Part shown: positions 31,775-32,000 of the stretch, in pieces | Numbering within the stretch: the first letter of the stretch is position 1 | How the letters are laid out: every line of letters begins with the position of its first letter | DNA from: Ignicoccus islandicus DSM 13165 | GTDB lineage: Archaea; Thermoproteota; Thermoprotei_A; Sulfolobales; Ignicoccaceae | DNA length: 32,000 bases | Direction: 5' to 3' | Assembly (NCBI RefSeq): GCF_001481685.1 | Contig: NZ_CP006867.1 | Span: 180,001-212,000, forward strand | Notes under the pieces: model-generated | The model's input: only the letters and a program-made list of their open reading frames with translations | Told to the model about the DNA's origin: nothing | The model's database searches: none | Translations under genes and position numbers: made by a program

Positions 31775-32000
31775 TTGAATTCAGAAACAATGGTCTCCTT
31801 AAGCACCTTCAGTTTCTACCAGACTTCCTAATGCTCAATTCCATTTCAACCCAATCATTCAACATTGTATTTGCGAAAACAAATGCAATTTACCACTCTT
31901 GAGCTTAGACCATTAGTACAAGGTCCTTTCAAGATCGATCTTTACAATGAGAAGTTGCATTGAGGGGTTAATAAGCGATCATGAGAACTCTGATGATCAT

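Larger units (their letters stand above)
31661..32000 (-). repeat. ~340-bp dispersed repeat, copy B (runs into the window edge)
   Basis: Reverse complement aligns along its length with 9923-~10270 at roughly 80-85% by eye. Confidence 0.95.

Noticed and set aside
1-32000. tRNA, rRNA or convincing C/D-box RNA genes
   Set aside because: I saw RTGATGA-like words (e.g. near 19718 and 31990) but no paired D/D' boxes, and no tRNA cloverleaf. A tRNAscan-SE or snoscan run would be decisive.

Overview
Gene-dense crenarchaeal chromosome window; gene content, the GRC3/Clp1-like kinase, XPD, archaeal MAT, eL43 and frequent TTG starts resemble an Ignicoccus-type hyperthermophile, but taxonomy is inferred without a database search. 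Most of it is housekeeping: phosphohexosamine mutase, AF1577-type radical SAM/SPASM, Sm-like protein, archaeal MAT, XPD helicase, hexulose-phosphate synthase, HIT protein, Topo VI subunit B, UbiD plus MqnE/CofH-like radical SAM, polynucleotide kinase, eL43, inorganic pyrophosphatase, a dockerin-like secreted protein, a ThiL-like protein and MarC. The accessory part is (i) a probable anti-mobile-element locus at 16.68-27.73 kb. It comprises a DUF1156-type zinc-ribbon DNA methylase, a DUF499-type AAA ATPase, a 141-aa unknown and an SNF2/DEAH helicase with a C-terminal DUF3883-like PD-(D/E)XK domain. A separately promoted cassette of three unknown small genes follows. (ii) An orphan mini-CRISPR array at 9.39-9.76 kb has 4 exact repeats plus 2 decayed repeats that keep near-regular spacing, with no cas genes in the window. 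(iii) A ~340-bp diverged inverted repeat at 9923-~10270 and ~31660-32000 flanks the 21 kb in between; each copy carries a 37-39 codon ORF and a conserved 9-bp-stem hairpin. A further anomaly is that the DUF499 gene's conserved N-terminus continues upstream of every usable in-frame start and appears to need a +1 frameshift at CTT-TAA-A (19726-19732), or contains a 1-nt indel. The helicase-methylase-ATPase core matches a known class of predicted defence system; the novelty, if any, is in the accessory genes, the overlapping/frameshifted starts and the repeat architecture.
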